Shown here in pieces: positions 49,175 through 58,249 of a stretch of DNA of 64,000 nt (positions are counted from its first letter, which is position 1; each line of letters opens with the position of its first letter). Below the pieces are notes generated by a model. That model had not been told where the DNA came from. It did not search any database and saw nothing but the letters and a program-made list of their open reading frames with translations. Source of the stretch: an uncultured Acidimicrobiia bacterium (GTDB lineage: Bacteria > Actinomycetota > Acidimicrobiia > Spongiisociales > UBA5794). The position numbers were made by a program, and so were the translations under genes. The stretch covers positions 11,173 through 75,172 of the forward strand of contig CAXMQQ010000084.1 in the NCBI GenBank assembly GCA_964195545.1, given 5' to 3'.

Positions 49175-50161
49175 ATGCCCACGGATCAACCGGCAGACAG
49201 GAACCTGGCCCTCGAACTGACCCGTGTCACCGAGGCGGCGGCGATTGCAGCAGCGAAATGGCAGGGGCGCGGCGACAAGAACAGCGTTGACCAGGCCGCT
49301 GTCGATGCCATGCGGTACATGCTCTCGACCGTGGATGTCGACGGCACAGTCATCATCGGCGAGGGTGAGAAGGACGAAGCCCCGATGCTGTTCAACGGCG
49401 AGATCGTTGGGAACGGGCGCGATCCGAAAATGGACATCGCCGTCGATCCGGTCGACGGAACCCGTCTGAGCGCTCTCGGCATGCCGGGAGCGCTCGCCGT
49501 GATTGCTATGGCCGATCGCGGTTCCATGTACGCCCCGGGCTCTCTCGTCTACATGGACAAGATCGCGGTCGGAGAAGAAGCCGCAGGAACGATCGACATC
49601 AACGCTCCCGTGGAGCACAACCTCCGACAGATCGCGAAGGCCAAGGGCAAAGACGTCGATGAGGTAACGGCCGTCATCCTCGACCGACAGCGAAACGAGG
49701 AGACGATCAAACAGGTGCGCGCGGCGGGCGGACGTATCGCCCTCATCGGAGACGGTGACATCTCCGGAGCCATCTCTACTGCCAAGAGCGACAGTGGGAT
49801 CGACGTCTTGCTCGGTATCGGAGGCTCACCGGAGGCCGTTACGGCAGCTTGCGCCATGGCTGCTTTGCACGCGGAGCTGCAGTGCAAGCTCTGGCCGCGC
49901 GACGAGAGCGAACGGCAGTACGCGCTGGAGCACGGCCTGGATCTCGAACAGGTGCTCACCACTCGCGATCTCGTTGATTCGGACAACACCTTCTTCGCAG
50001 CGACCGGTGTCACCTCCGGTTCGATGCTGAGGGGTATCCGCTTCTATGGCGACCGCGTGGAGACCCACTCGGTTGTGATGAGATCGAACTCGGGGACAGT
50101 GCGCTATATCGAGAGCGTCCACCACCTCGACTGGCTCGACGAAGCCCGTGTTATCGATTGA
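49175..50161 (+). CDS. glpX: Class II fructose-1,6-bisphosphatase
   Basis: GlpX fold motifs DPVDGT and GDGDISGAI. 328 aa. Confidence 0.9.
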   Translation: MPTDQPADRNLALELTRVTEAAAIAAAKWQGRGDKNSVDQAAVDAMRYMLSTVDVDGTVIIGEGEKDEAPMLFNGEIVGNGRDPKMDIAVDPVDGTRLSALGMPGALAVIAMADRGSMYAPGSLVYMDKIAVGEEAAGTIDINAPVEHNLRQIAKAKGKDVDEVTAVILDRQRNEETIKQVRAAGGRIALIGDGDISGAISTAKSDSGIDVLLGIGGSPEAVTAACAMAALHAELQCKLWPRDESERQYALEHGLDLEQVLTTRDLVDSDNTFFAATGVTSGSMLRGIRFYGDRVETHSVVMRSNSGTVRYIESVHHLDWLDEARVID

Positions 50162-50181
50162 CATCTGCCGACTTCGTCAGC

Positions 50182-51294
50182 CTATTGACTAGGCAAGGCC
50201 CACAGCTCTTCCAGAACTTTGTCGTATTGGGGGGCGACTTCTGACCAGTCGTACTGCTGGACCGTTCCCGCCAGTTCGGTCGCTATCCGGACTGCTTCTT
50301 CTCGGTGTTCGATCGCCCACCGGACCTTTCCTACCAGATCGTCGTGGTCCTGGTAGAGGCAGGTGTCGTACCGGGATTCCGTGATTCTGTCGAGGTACAC
50401 GAGGCGATCGGGGAGGATCGGGAAGGCGCCGGCCGCCATCGCTTCGACGATCGCTATCCCGAAGAACTCATGCTGAGCCGTCGACACAACGATGTCGGCA
50501 CGTCGCAGCACGTCGACGTACGTATCGTCGTCGAGGAAGCCGAACTCGATCAGCCGATCGCCAAGGGTCTCTGGGAGTCGATCGAACGACTCCGGAGCGG
50601 ACACGAACTGCTCACCAACGACGGCAACCCTGAACTCAAGACCGAGCGCCATGAGATCCTCGATCGCTGCGACGAACTCGTCTGGTCCCTTGTCGTGCTC
50701 CCACCGCTGATTCCACAGGATCAGCGGCGGTTCACCCCGATCTGCATACGGAAGGTCGCCGAGCCTCGAGAGGTCGACGCCGACCGGGAGCACGATCGAG
50801 CGCCTCGCTACTTCGTCGACGAAGTGCGAGTGCCGACGGTCCGGGAACTGCCTGAGGAACCGTTCGGCGCTCTCGAAGAACAACGACCGGTGGAACTCGG
50901 AGTTGAAAATCGGGAGGTCGGCGGCCGCGGCGCTGGACCAGTTGATCATCGGGTACGTCTGATCGACTTTGTCCTGCGGCGACAACGGGTAGGCGAACTG
51001 GCTCTCGTGGAAGTAAACGGCCACCGGAGCGTCACCGATCAGCCGTCGTGCCGCACCGACGAATGCCGATACGTTCATCATCGACGAGACAAGCACGACA
51101 TCGGGCGGGGACTCGGGGGACTCACCCGTTGCGGCCGCTAGCGTGAGGTGGGCACCGTGCATTCGCCACTTCCAGAACCGTGCTTCATGGGCGACGAGAG
51201 TCACGTCGTGGGCGCTGTTCGCGACAAAACCGTCGGCCCACGCCCGGTGGGACCCTCCGTAGTACGGCTCGACGAGAAGAACTCTCACCGGCAA
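50182..51294 (-). CDS. DUF3524-domain glycosyltransferase (GT4; homolog family of tRNA-queuosine mannosyltransferase). Start approximate (TTG 51294 or GTG 51288)
   Basis: N-terminal VLLVEPYYGGSH (DUF3524) followed by a GT1/GT4 C-terminal domain (EFFGIAIVEAMAAG). Confidence 0.65.
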   Translation of the reverse strand: MPVRVLLVEPYYGGSHRAWADGFVANSAHDVTLVAHEARFWKWRMHGAHLTLAAATGESPESPPDVVLVSSMMNVSAFVGAARRLIGDAPVAVYFHESQFAYPLSPQDKVDQTYPMINWSSAAAADLPIFNSEFHRSLFFESAERFLRQFPDRRHSHFVDEVARRSIVLPVGVDLSRLGDLPYADRGEPPLILWNQRWEHDKGPDEFVAAIEDLMALGLEFRVAVVGEQFVSAPESFDRLPETLGDRLIEFGFLDDDTYVDVLRRADIVVSTAQHEFFGIAIVEAMAAGAFPILPDRLVYLDRITESRYDTCLYQDHDDLVGKVRWAIEHREEAVRIATELAGTVQQYDWSEVAPQYDKVLEELWALPSQ

Positions 51295-51580
51295 AACCCT
51301 AGGAGTGTGCTGAGCGATGCCGTTGTTCAGGTCGGCGGTCAGGCGCGCCAGGCACAAGGATGAGGTTTCGCCACTCCTTGTGTCGGATTGGCGGAGCCGA
51401 AGCCACAGCGCGTGGCGATGCCTGGTCGTCGAGATGGGTGACATGCATTGCTCAGAGCGCTCCTAGGTGGGATCCGTTCGAGATGACGCCACTCTTGGGT
51501 TCCGAGAGATCGCTGCCGACCGACGAGATTCCTCGTTCCGAGAAAGCGTTTCTGTCACACCCGTCTGTCACGTTGGTCAC

Positions 51581-52855
51581 ATGTTCGACACGATGGTCGA
51601 TGATGTGATCGGGGAGGCGCTCTCCCGCCAGAGCACGCGCATCCAGGCCGGTCTCAATGAGATGGAACCCGGCCCGTTCCTGGGAATCGTCCTTTCTGGC
51701 ATCGACCTCGACCAGCTCTGCGGCGATGACCGGATCACGGTGCTGCGTGCTCGACAGCGCATGGCGTCGCACTACACGGCGCGAACCGATGAGGCGATGG
51801 CGTCGATCGTCGACTCCTACCAGGAGGAAGAAGCCCTGGGCTACGAGAGTGCGGCCGACGGCGCCGCCTTCGAACTACGTGCCGCTCTTCAACTCACCCG
51901 ACGGACCGCGGACGTCGAGTTGTCGTTCGCTCTCGATCTGCGCGATCGCCTCCCGAGAGTCTTCGACGCCCCGTCATCAGGCCTGATCGACCGGCGAAGG
52001 GCACGCACCATCGTTTGGCACACCACGCACCTCGACGACGACACTGCACGCGCTGTCACGGATCAGATCATCGACGAGGCGCCACAGTTGACGACCGGCC
52101 AGTTGATCTCCAGGATCCGCAAACTCGCCATCTCCGTCGACCCCGACACGGCACTACGCCGCTACGAGGACGCCGTTGCGGAGCGCAGAGTCGTCCTCGA
52201 ACCAACCGACGACGGCACCGCCAACCTGTGCGCCATGAACCTCCCACCGCATCGGGCCGCAGCGGCCCGCCGGCGCATCAACACAATCGCACAAAGCCTG
52301 CGGGGTCCCGGAGATTCGCGCACCATGGACCAGCTCCGTGCTGACACCTATCTCGACCTGCTCTGCGGCAAAGCAGCCTCAGGCAAGGGCCGGGTCGTCG
52401 ACATTCGCGTCGACCTCGACACCTTGGCGGACCTCTCAAACCATCCCGGGGAACTCGCCGGCTACGGCCCCGTCATCAACGACATCGCTCGCCGGGTCAT
52501 CGCAGAGAACACCGGAGCCGACTGGCGCTACACCGTCATCCACAACGAACAGCCCGTGGCAACCGGCACCACACAGCGCAGACCCGCCGTCGGCCAACGC
52601 CGCGTCGTCGAAGCCGCCCACGCCACATGCATCTTCCCCGGCTGTCGCATGCCCGCCACCGATTGCGATCTCGATCACCGGATCGAATGGTCCAAGCAGC
52701 ACCGGACCGACCTCGGCGGCCTCGGCCCGCTCTGCCGCCACGACCACATCGGAAGACATGAACACGGCTGGACCTACCGCATACTCCCCAACGGCGACAT
52801 CACATGGACCAGCCCCCTCGCCCACACCTACACCACACGAAACCGCGACCCCTAA
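51581..52855 (+). CDS. DUF222 / HNH endonuclease domain protein (13E12-repeat family)
   Basis: ATG start MFDTMVDDVIGEALSR. C-terminal HNH motif CIFPGCRMPATDCDLDHRIEW...CRHDH. Confidence 0.75.
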   Translation: MFDTMVDDVIGEALSRQSTRIQAGLNEMEPGPFLGIVLSGIDLDQLCGDDRITVLRARQRMASHYTARTDEAMASIVDSYQEEEALGYESAADGAAFELRAALQLTRRTADVELSFALDLRDRLPRVFDAPSSGLIDRRRARTIVWHTTHLDDDTARAVTDQIIDEAPQLTTGQLISRIRKLAISVDPDTALRRYEDAVAERRVVLEPTDDGTANLCAMNLPPHRAAAARRRINTIAQSLRGPGDSRTMDQLRADTYLDLLCGKAASGKGRVVDIRVDLDTLADLSNHPGELAGYGPVINDIARRVIAENTGADWRYTVIHNEQPVATGTTQRRPAVGQRRVVEAAHATCIFPGCRMPATDCDLDHRIEWSKQHRTDLGGLGPLCRHDHIGRHEHGWTYRILPNGDITWTSPLAHTYTTRNRDP

Positions 52856-52881
52856 GACCGCCGACCGGCGCAGTCGGTCCT

Positions 52882-53475
52882 CTACAGCTCCTTGCGACCC
52901 GACAGGGCTCGGCCGAGCGTGATCTCGTCGGCGTAGTCCAGGTCGCCACCAACCGGGAGACCAGAGGCGAGCCTCGTCACGATGACGCCGAGCGGCTTCA
53001 AGAGTCTGGCGAGGAACATCGCCGTGGCGTCGCCCTCGAGCGTCGGGTTTGCGGCAACGATGACCTCTGTGACGTTCTCCGCGTCAACCCGGTCGAGGAG
53101 TTCCTTCGCACGGAGTTGGTCAGGACCGATTCCCTCGATCGGAGAGATCGCGCCACCGAGAACGTGATAGCGGCCCCTGAACTCCCCGGTCCTCTCTATC
53201 ACCGGTATGTCCTGGGCACGCTCAACAACACATACGATCGACATGTCGCGTCGAAGGTCGCGACAGATCGAGCATTCCTCTTCGGCGGTGACGTTGAAGC
53301 AGCGTGAGCAGAGCCGAACCTCTCGGCGCATCGACGTGATCGCGTCAGCAAGGCGAACCGCATCCGCCTCCTCTACGTTGAGGAGATAGAAGGCCAGTCG
53401 CTGCGCGCTCTTCCGCCCGATCCCGGGCAGCCGGGCCAGTTCGTCGACGAGGCGCTGGACCGGCGGTTCGAACAT
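52882..53475 (-). CDS. recR: Recombination protein RecR
   Basis: HhH N-terminus ([16 protein letters not shown]), C4 zinc finger ([16 protein letters not shown]), Toprim domain. Confidence 0.9.
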   Translation of the reverse strand: MFEPPVQRLVDELARLPGIGRKSAQRLAFYLLNVEEADAVRLADAITSMRREVRLCSRCFNVTAEEECSICRDLRRDMSIVCVVERAQDIPVIERTGEFRGRYHVLGGAISPIEGIGPDQLRAKELLDRVDAENVTEVIVAANPTLEGDATAMFLARLLKPLGVIVTRLASGLPVGGDLDYADEITLGRALSGRKEL

Positions 53476-53804
53476 CAGCCGAGCAGACCCCCGAGATCCA
53501 TCCCGTCTCCAACGCCGCCCATCGAGTCGGCGGCATCGTCCGAGGCGGCGCCAAGCGCCTGGTTGACGGCGGCGACCACGAGGTCCCCTGCCATCTCTGG
53601 ATCGTCGGGATCGAGAACAGCCGGATCGAAATCGACCGAAACGAGTTCTCCCGAGCCGCGGACAACTGCTTTGACGACACCGCCACCGGCCGTGCCCTCA
53701 TACGTCTTGACGGAGAGTTCGGCCTGCGCGGCCTCGATCTGCGCCTGCATCTGCTGCGCCTGCTGCATCAGCTGGCGCATATCGTTCGGCATTCGTTGTG
53801 ACAT
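53475..53804 (-). CDS. ybaB: Nucleoid-associated protein YbaB/EbfC
   Basis: Internal ATG ([22 protein letters not shown]...), the YbaB signature. TGATG overlap with recR. The ORF-track N-terminal extension overlaps dnaX and was rejected. Confidence 0.85.
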   Translation of the reverse strand: MSQRMPNDMRQLMQQAQQMQAQIEAAQAELSVKTYEGTAGGGVVKAVVRGSGELVSVDFDPAVLDPDDPEMAGDLVVAAVNQALGAASDDAADSMGGVGDGMDLGGLLG

Positions 53805-53884
53805 GGGTTCAAGAGTACCGAGTACTGAGTGCTGAGTACGGCTCCCGTCCCATGTCTCAGGTCTCAGGTCTAACGTCTGTCTCA

Positions 53885-55654
53885 ATGACTCGCTATCAAG
53901 CTCTCTACCGCAAGTACCGGCCGCAACGGTTCGACGAGGTGATCGGACAGGACCATGTCGTCGGGACACTCTCTCGTGAAGTGACGGACGAGAAGGTCGC
54001 CCACGCCTACCTCTTCGCGGGTCCCCGAGGAACCGGGAAGACGACGACGGCACGCCTTCTCGCAAAGTCGCTCAACTGCACGAACCGCACGGCGGGTGCC
54101 GAGCCGTGCAACGAGTGCGCCTCCTGCATCGGAATCACCGACGGGGCATCGCTCGACGTCATCGAACTCGACGCGGCCTCGCACAACAAGGTTGAAGACG
54201 TCCGGGAGATCCGGGTCAACGTCGGGACGGTCGCCGCCGCCGAAGGGGCCCGCAGGATCTACATCCTGGATGAGGCTCACATGCTGTCGCGTGCCGCAGG
54301 GAACGCTCTACTCAAGACGCTCGAAGAGCCGCCGGAACACGTCGTCTTCGTCCTCGCAACGACCGAGCCGTACAAGTTGCTCGACACGATTCGGAGTCGA
54401 TCCCAGCGGTTCGATTTCCATCCGGTCTCGTCGGAGACCCTCATCGAGTACCTCGCAGACATATCGAGCCGGGAGGACTTCACTGCGGATCACGCCGGTC
54501 TCTCGATGATCGCCACACACGCGCGAGGATCGGTACGCGATTCCATGAGCCTGCTGGAGCAGGTCGCGGCGTTGGGGGACGGCACCGTCTCGTCGGAGGG
54601 CGTTACCCGGACACTGGGCCTGGCCGACGACGAAGCCTTCAGCGGACTCGTGGCAGCGATCTCGGCCCAAGATGCACCCGCCGCTCTCGGCCTCGTCGCT
54701 CAACTCGCCTCCCGTGGCGCCGACCTCCGTCGATTCGTTGCGGACTCGCTGGGCTTCTTCCGCGGCATCTTCCTGGCCCAGTACGCGCCCAACCTCGAGG
54801 AGATCACCGACGAACCACCCGAGATCCTCGACGAGTGGCGCCGTACTGCGCAGTCGATCTCCTCGGCCGACGTGTTGCGCGCCATCGACCTGTTCTCTGA
54901 AGCACTCCTTCACCTCCGTCAGGGTCGCGAGGAGCGACTCATGCTGGAGTTGGCGGTGATCCGCCTCACCCGACCAGAGACAACGGTCGACGCCGAGGCC
55001 CTCGCTGTGAGAATGGATCGGTTGGAGCGGGACGTGAGAACGGCGACAAGCAGCAGGGGGCAGGTGGCAGGCGACGGGACAGCCAACAGCCCGGAACCCG
55101 ATCTGACTTCCACCAATCTGGAAGCACCGTCCTCCTCCCTCTCAGGGGGAGGAGCCGACGAAGCAGGCGAAGGGAGTCGGACCTCGACGGACGAAGGCCC
55201 GGCGCAGGAGGCGGTACCGACTACCGAGATTGACAGCGACGCCGTCGCTGTCAATCTCTCTGATTTCTCCGCTGCTTGGCCGGTCATCGTTTCACGGATC
55301 CGAACGGACTTCGGTGCTCGTCGCCACGCGTTTGTGAAGGTCGCCGAGCCGAGATCCGTCGAGGGCTCCGTCGCCGTACTCACAATGCCTTCACATCAGC
55401 ACTTCCACCTCGAGCAGTTGAACGCCGATGGTCAACTACGCAGCGCGCTCGAAGCCATCGCTACGGAGACGCTCGGCTGCAGCGTCACCCTCCGCTTCGT
55501 TTCGGACGACGCTCCGGCAGCGGGAGTGCCCGAAGTCCTCGACGAACCACCGGTTCGGGCGCCCGAGAAGGACGACCTTGAACAAGGCCGGGATCCCGAA
55601 GACCCCGTCGATATGATCGCCGGTATGCTCGGCGGGAAGATCGTCGAGGGGTGA
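53885..55654 (+). CDS. dnaX: DNA polymerase III subunits gamma/tau
   Basis: YRKYRPQRFDEVIGQDH, Walker A GPRGTGKTT, zinc module CNECASC, DEAH box ILDEAHML. An alternative upstream ATG lies at ~53852. Confidence 0.85.
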   Translation: MTRYQALYRKYRPQRFDEVIGQDHVVGTLSREVTDEKVAHAYLFAGPRGTGKTTTARLLAKSLNCTNRTAGAEPCNECASCIGITDGASLDVIELDAASHNKVEDVREIRVNVGTVAAAEGARRIYILDEAHMLSRAAGNALLKTLEEPPEHVVFVLATTEPYKLLDTIRSRSQRFDFHPVSSETLIEYLADISSREDFTADHAGLSMIATHARGSVRDSMSLLEQVAALGDGTVSSEGVTRTLGLADDEAFSGLVAAISAQDAPAALGLVAQLASRGADLRRFVADSLGFFRGIFLAQYAPNLEEITDEPPEILDEWRRTAQSISSADVLRAIDLFSEALLHLRQGREERLMLELAVIRLTRPETTVDAEALAVRMDRLERDVRTATSSRGQVAGDGTANSPEPDLTSTNLEAPSSSLSGGGADEAGEGSRTSTDEGPAQEAVPTTEIDSDAVAVNLSDFSAAWPVIVSRIRTDFGARRHAFVKVAEPRSVEGSVAVLTMPSHQHFHLEQLNADGQLRSALEAIATETLGCSVTLRFVSDDAPAAGVPEVLDEPPVRAPEKDDLEQGRDPEDPVDMIAGMLGGKIVEG

Positions 55655-56205
55655 CGATGCGCCTCGGAATCGACCTCGACGGTGTCGTCGCAGACTTCAA
55701 CACCGGCTGGGTGAACCGGTACAACGACGAATTCGGATCGAACGTGAGCAGTGACCAGGTCGACTCGTGGGATGCCATGGGCAATCTCACCCATTTCGAG
55801 TCCATGGGCGCCTTCTGGCGATGGGCATCGAGGGGGACCCACGGTTCGGTGTTTCGACATCTCGAGACCTACCCGGGCGCCGTAGAGACTCTCGCCCGGC
55901 TGAGCAAGCGTCACGAGATCGTGATCATCACAGCGAAGCCCGGCTGGGCGGTCCACGACACGTTCGCGTGGATCGCTGATCAACGCATTCCGACTCGTGA
56001 ACTCCATATCACCGACGCCAAGTGGCGGGTGCCTTGCGACGTCTACCTCGACGACTCCCCCCGTCAGGTGATCGAACTTCACACGAACCGTCCTGAGGCG
56101 ACGGTGTGTCGGTTCGTGCGACCCTGGAACCGGTCCGTTCCCGGCACGCGAGAGATCCACGACTGGATCGAGTTCGAGAAGATGATCGACAGTCTCCAGA
56201 GCTGA
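55651..56205 (+). CDS. 5'(3')-deoxyribonucleotidase-like HAD hydrolase (NT5C family)
   Basis: HAD motif I (IDLDGVVADF) and NT5C-like length (184 aa). ATGA overlap with the dnaX stop. Confidence 0.6.
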   Translation: MTMRLGIDLDGVVADFNTGWVNRYNDEFGSNVSSDQVDSWDAMGNLTHFESMGAFWRWASRGTHGSVFRHLETYPGAVETLARLSKRHEIVIITAKPGWAVHDTFAWIADQRIPTRELHITDAKWRVPCDVYLDDSPRQVIELHTNRPEATVCRFVRPWNRSVPGTREIHDWIEFEKMIDSLQS

Positions 56206-56291
56206 TCCGTTTCGGCATGGCCCACTCGAATCGGGTAACCTGGAGCTGCTGGTTTGGGCGCACACAGCGCCCCATCGACACGGGAGTAAGA

Positions 56292-57428
56292 ATGAGGAAG
56301 ACCCCTCTGATTGTCCTGGCCGTCGTCTTTGCACTGATTGCAGGGGCGTGTGGCTCGGACAGCGACGATACGACGACAACGGCGGCCGCCGCCGAAGCGA
56401 CGACAACAACTGAAGCGGCGACGACCACAACAACGGCCGCACCGACGACAACAGTGACTGAGGCGCCTGCGCCTGATCTCGGAACGGCAGACAACCCGAT
56501 CAAGGTGCTCTTCGTCCCATCGGTCGACGCTCAGGTCATCACCTCGGGCGGCGAGATTCTCGCCGACGCCCTGAATGAAGCCACCGGACTCGAATACGTG
56601 GTTGCCGTACCTACTTCGTACGCCGCCACGGCAGAGGAGATGTGTGCAGCACCCGAAGGGACGATGGCCTTCATCCCCGGTCTGCTCTACGTGCTCGCCT
56701 CCGACCTGTGCGGCGTCGACGTCTCGTTCAAGGCCGTCCGATACGGCTGGGACGTGTACTGGACCGAGTTCCTGGTCCCCACCGCTAGTGACGTCACCTC
56801 GATCGAGGATCTAGAGGGTCTTACCTGGGCCTATCCGGATGCAGGATCCACTTCCGGATTCATGGTGCCGACCGTTATGTTCGACGAAGCCGGTGCCACA
56901 GCAGGCGAGACCGTCGAGGCTGGGAGCCACAATGCCGCCGTGCTCGCCGTCTACAACGGCGACGCCGATTTCGGCACGGCGTTCTACAGCCCGTGGCTGA
57001 ACTACTCCGACGGAGAACAGTGGGACGGGACCTCTGGTGATGCCGACATCCCGGCGGACCTGATCCCCAGTTGCGCTGTTACAGAAGAGGACAGACTGTT
57101 CTGTGGCGACTACCGGGTACTCGATGCCAGGGCGAATGTCAGAACTGAAGCACCGGATGTCGTTCAGGAGGTCAAGATCGCCTTCATCTCGCCCCCGATC
57201 CCGAACGACACACTGTCATTCGGTTCAGAGTTCCCGGCCGAGATCCGGGCGCAGATCGAAGTTGCGCTCGTGGCCTTCGCTGCGGAGTGCGATACCGACG
57301 ACGACTGCGCGTGGAACCAGTCCATCGGGAGCCAGGACTTCTACAACTGGACCGGGATCAATCAGGCCCTCGACGAGGAGTACGACTTCCTCCGACAGAT
57401 GGTCGCCCTTACCGGCTATACGCCGTAG
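56292..57428 (+). CDS. phnD: Phosphonate/phosphite ABC transporter substrate-binding lipoprotein
   Basis: Lipobox signal (LIAGACGSD), a Thr/Ala-rich linker, then a PhnD/SsuA-type periplasmic binding fold. Confidence 0.75.
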   Translation: MRKTPLIVLAVVFALIAGACGSDSDDTTTTAAAAEATTTTEAATTTTTAAPTTTVTEAPAPDLGTADNPIKVLFVPSVDAQVITSGGEILADALNEATGLEYVVAVPTSYAATAEEMCAAPEGTMAFIPGLLYVLASDLCGVDVSFKAVRYGWDVYWTEFLVPTASDVTSIEDLEGLTWAYPDAGSTSGFMVPTVMFDEAGATAGETVEAGSHNAAVLAVYNGDADFGTAFYSPWLNYSDGEQWDGTSGDADIPADLIPSCAVTEEDRLFCGDYRVLDARANVRTEAPDVVQEVKIAFISPPIPNDTLSFGSEFPAEIRAQIEVALVAFAAECDTDDDCAWNQSIGSQDFYNWTGINQALDEEYDFLRQMVALTGYTP

Positions 57429-57496
57429 ACCCCGAAACGCTGGGAGGACCCGGGGTGTTTCCCCGGGTCCTCTCCTGACCACAAGGCGACCAGGCC

Positions 57497-58249
57497 ATGC
57501 TCAAAGTCGAGCACCTGACGAAGATTTACGACGACGGCACCCTCGCGCTCGACGACGTGAGCTTCGAGGTGCCGGATGGACAGTTCCTGGCCATCATCGG
57601 GCTGAGCGGATCTGGCAAGTCGACCCTGCTCCGCTGCATCAACCGCCTCATCGAGCCAACCGACGGACGGATTCTGTGGAACGACGTCGACGTCACAGCG
57701 GCAGGTCAGGAAGACATGCGGAAGATCCGGCGCAAGATCGGGATGGTCTTCCAGCACTTCAACCTGGTCCACCGTTCGAAGGTGATCACCAACGTCATGT
57801 CGGGACGCTTGGGATACGTCAACCCTGCGATGAGTGTGGTCAACCGTTTTCCAAAGAGCGTCGTGGAAAAGGCCCACCAGCAGCTGGCGCGAGTTGGCCT
57901 CGAAGAGAAGGCGTTCAGCAGGGCTGACGAGCTCTCCGGTGGCCAGCAGCAGCGCGTCGGTGTGGCACGCGCCCTGATGCAGGACCCGGTGATGATCCTG
58001 GCAGACGAGCCGGTGGCATCACTCGACCCGGTTCTCGCCCACGGCATCATGCAGCACCTCGAGAGCATCAACCAGGAGGACGGGGTCATGGTTCTCTGTT
58101 CACTCCACTTCCTCGATCTCGTTCACCGGTACGCGGACAAGGCGATCGCGTTGAAGGACGGGCAGGTCGTCTTCGAAGGACCGCCACGCGACATCGACGA
58201 CAAACGCTTCAAGGAGATCTACGGCAAGGAGGCCGAGCGCATTGGCTGA
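57497..58249 (+). CDS. phnC: Phosphonate ABC transporter ATP-binding protein
   Basis: Walker [10 protein letters not shown], signature LSGGQQQRV, Walker B ILADEP. Confidence 0.9.
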   Translation: MLKVEHLTKIYDDGTLALDDVSFEVPDGQFLAIIGLSGSGKSTLLRCINRLIEPTDGRILWNDVDVTAAGQEDMRKIRRKIGMVFQHFNLVHRSKVITNVMSGRLGYVNPAMSVVNRFPKSVVEKAHQQLARVGLEEKAFSRADELSGGQQQRVGVARALMQDPVMILADEPVASLDPVLAHGIMQHLESINQEDGVMVLCSLHFLDLVHRYADKAIALKDGQVVFEGPPRDIDDKRFKEIYGKEAERIG

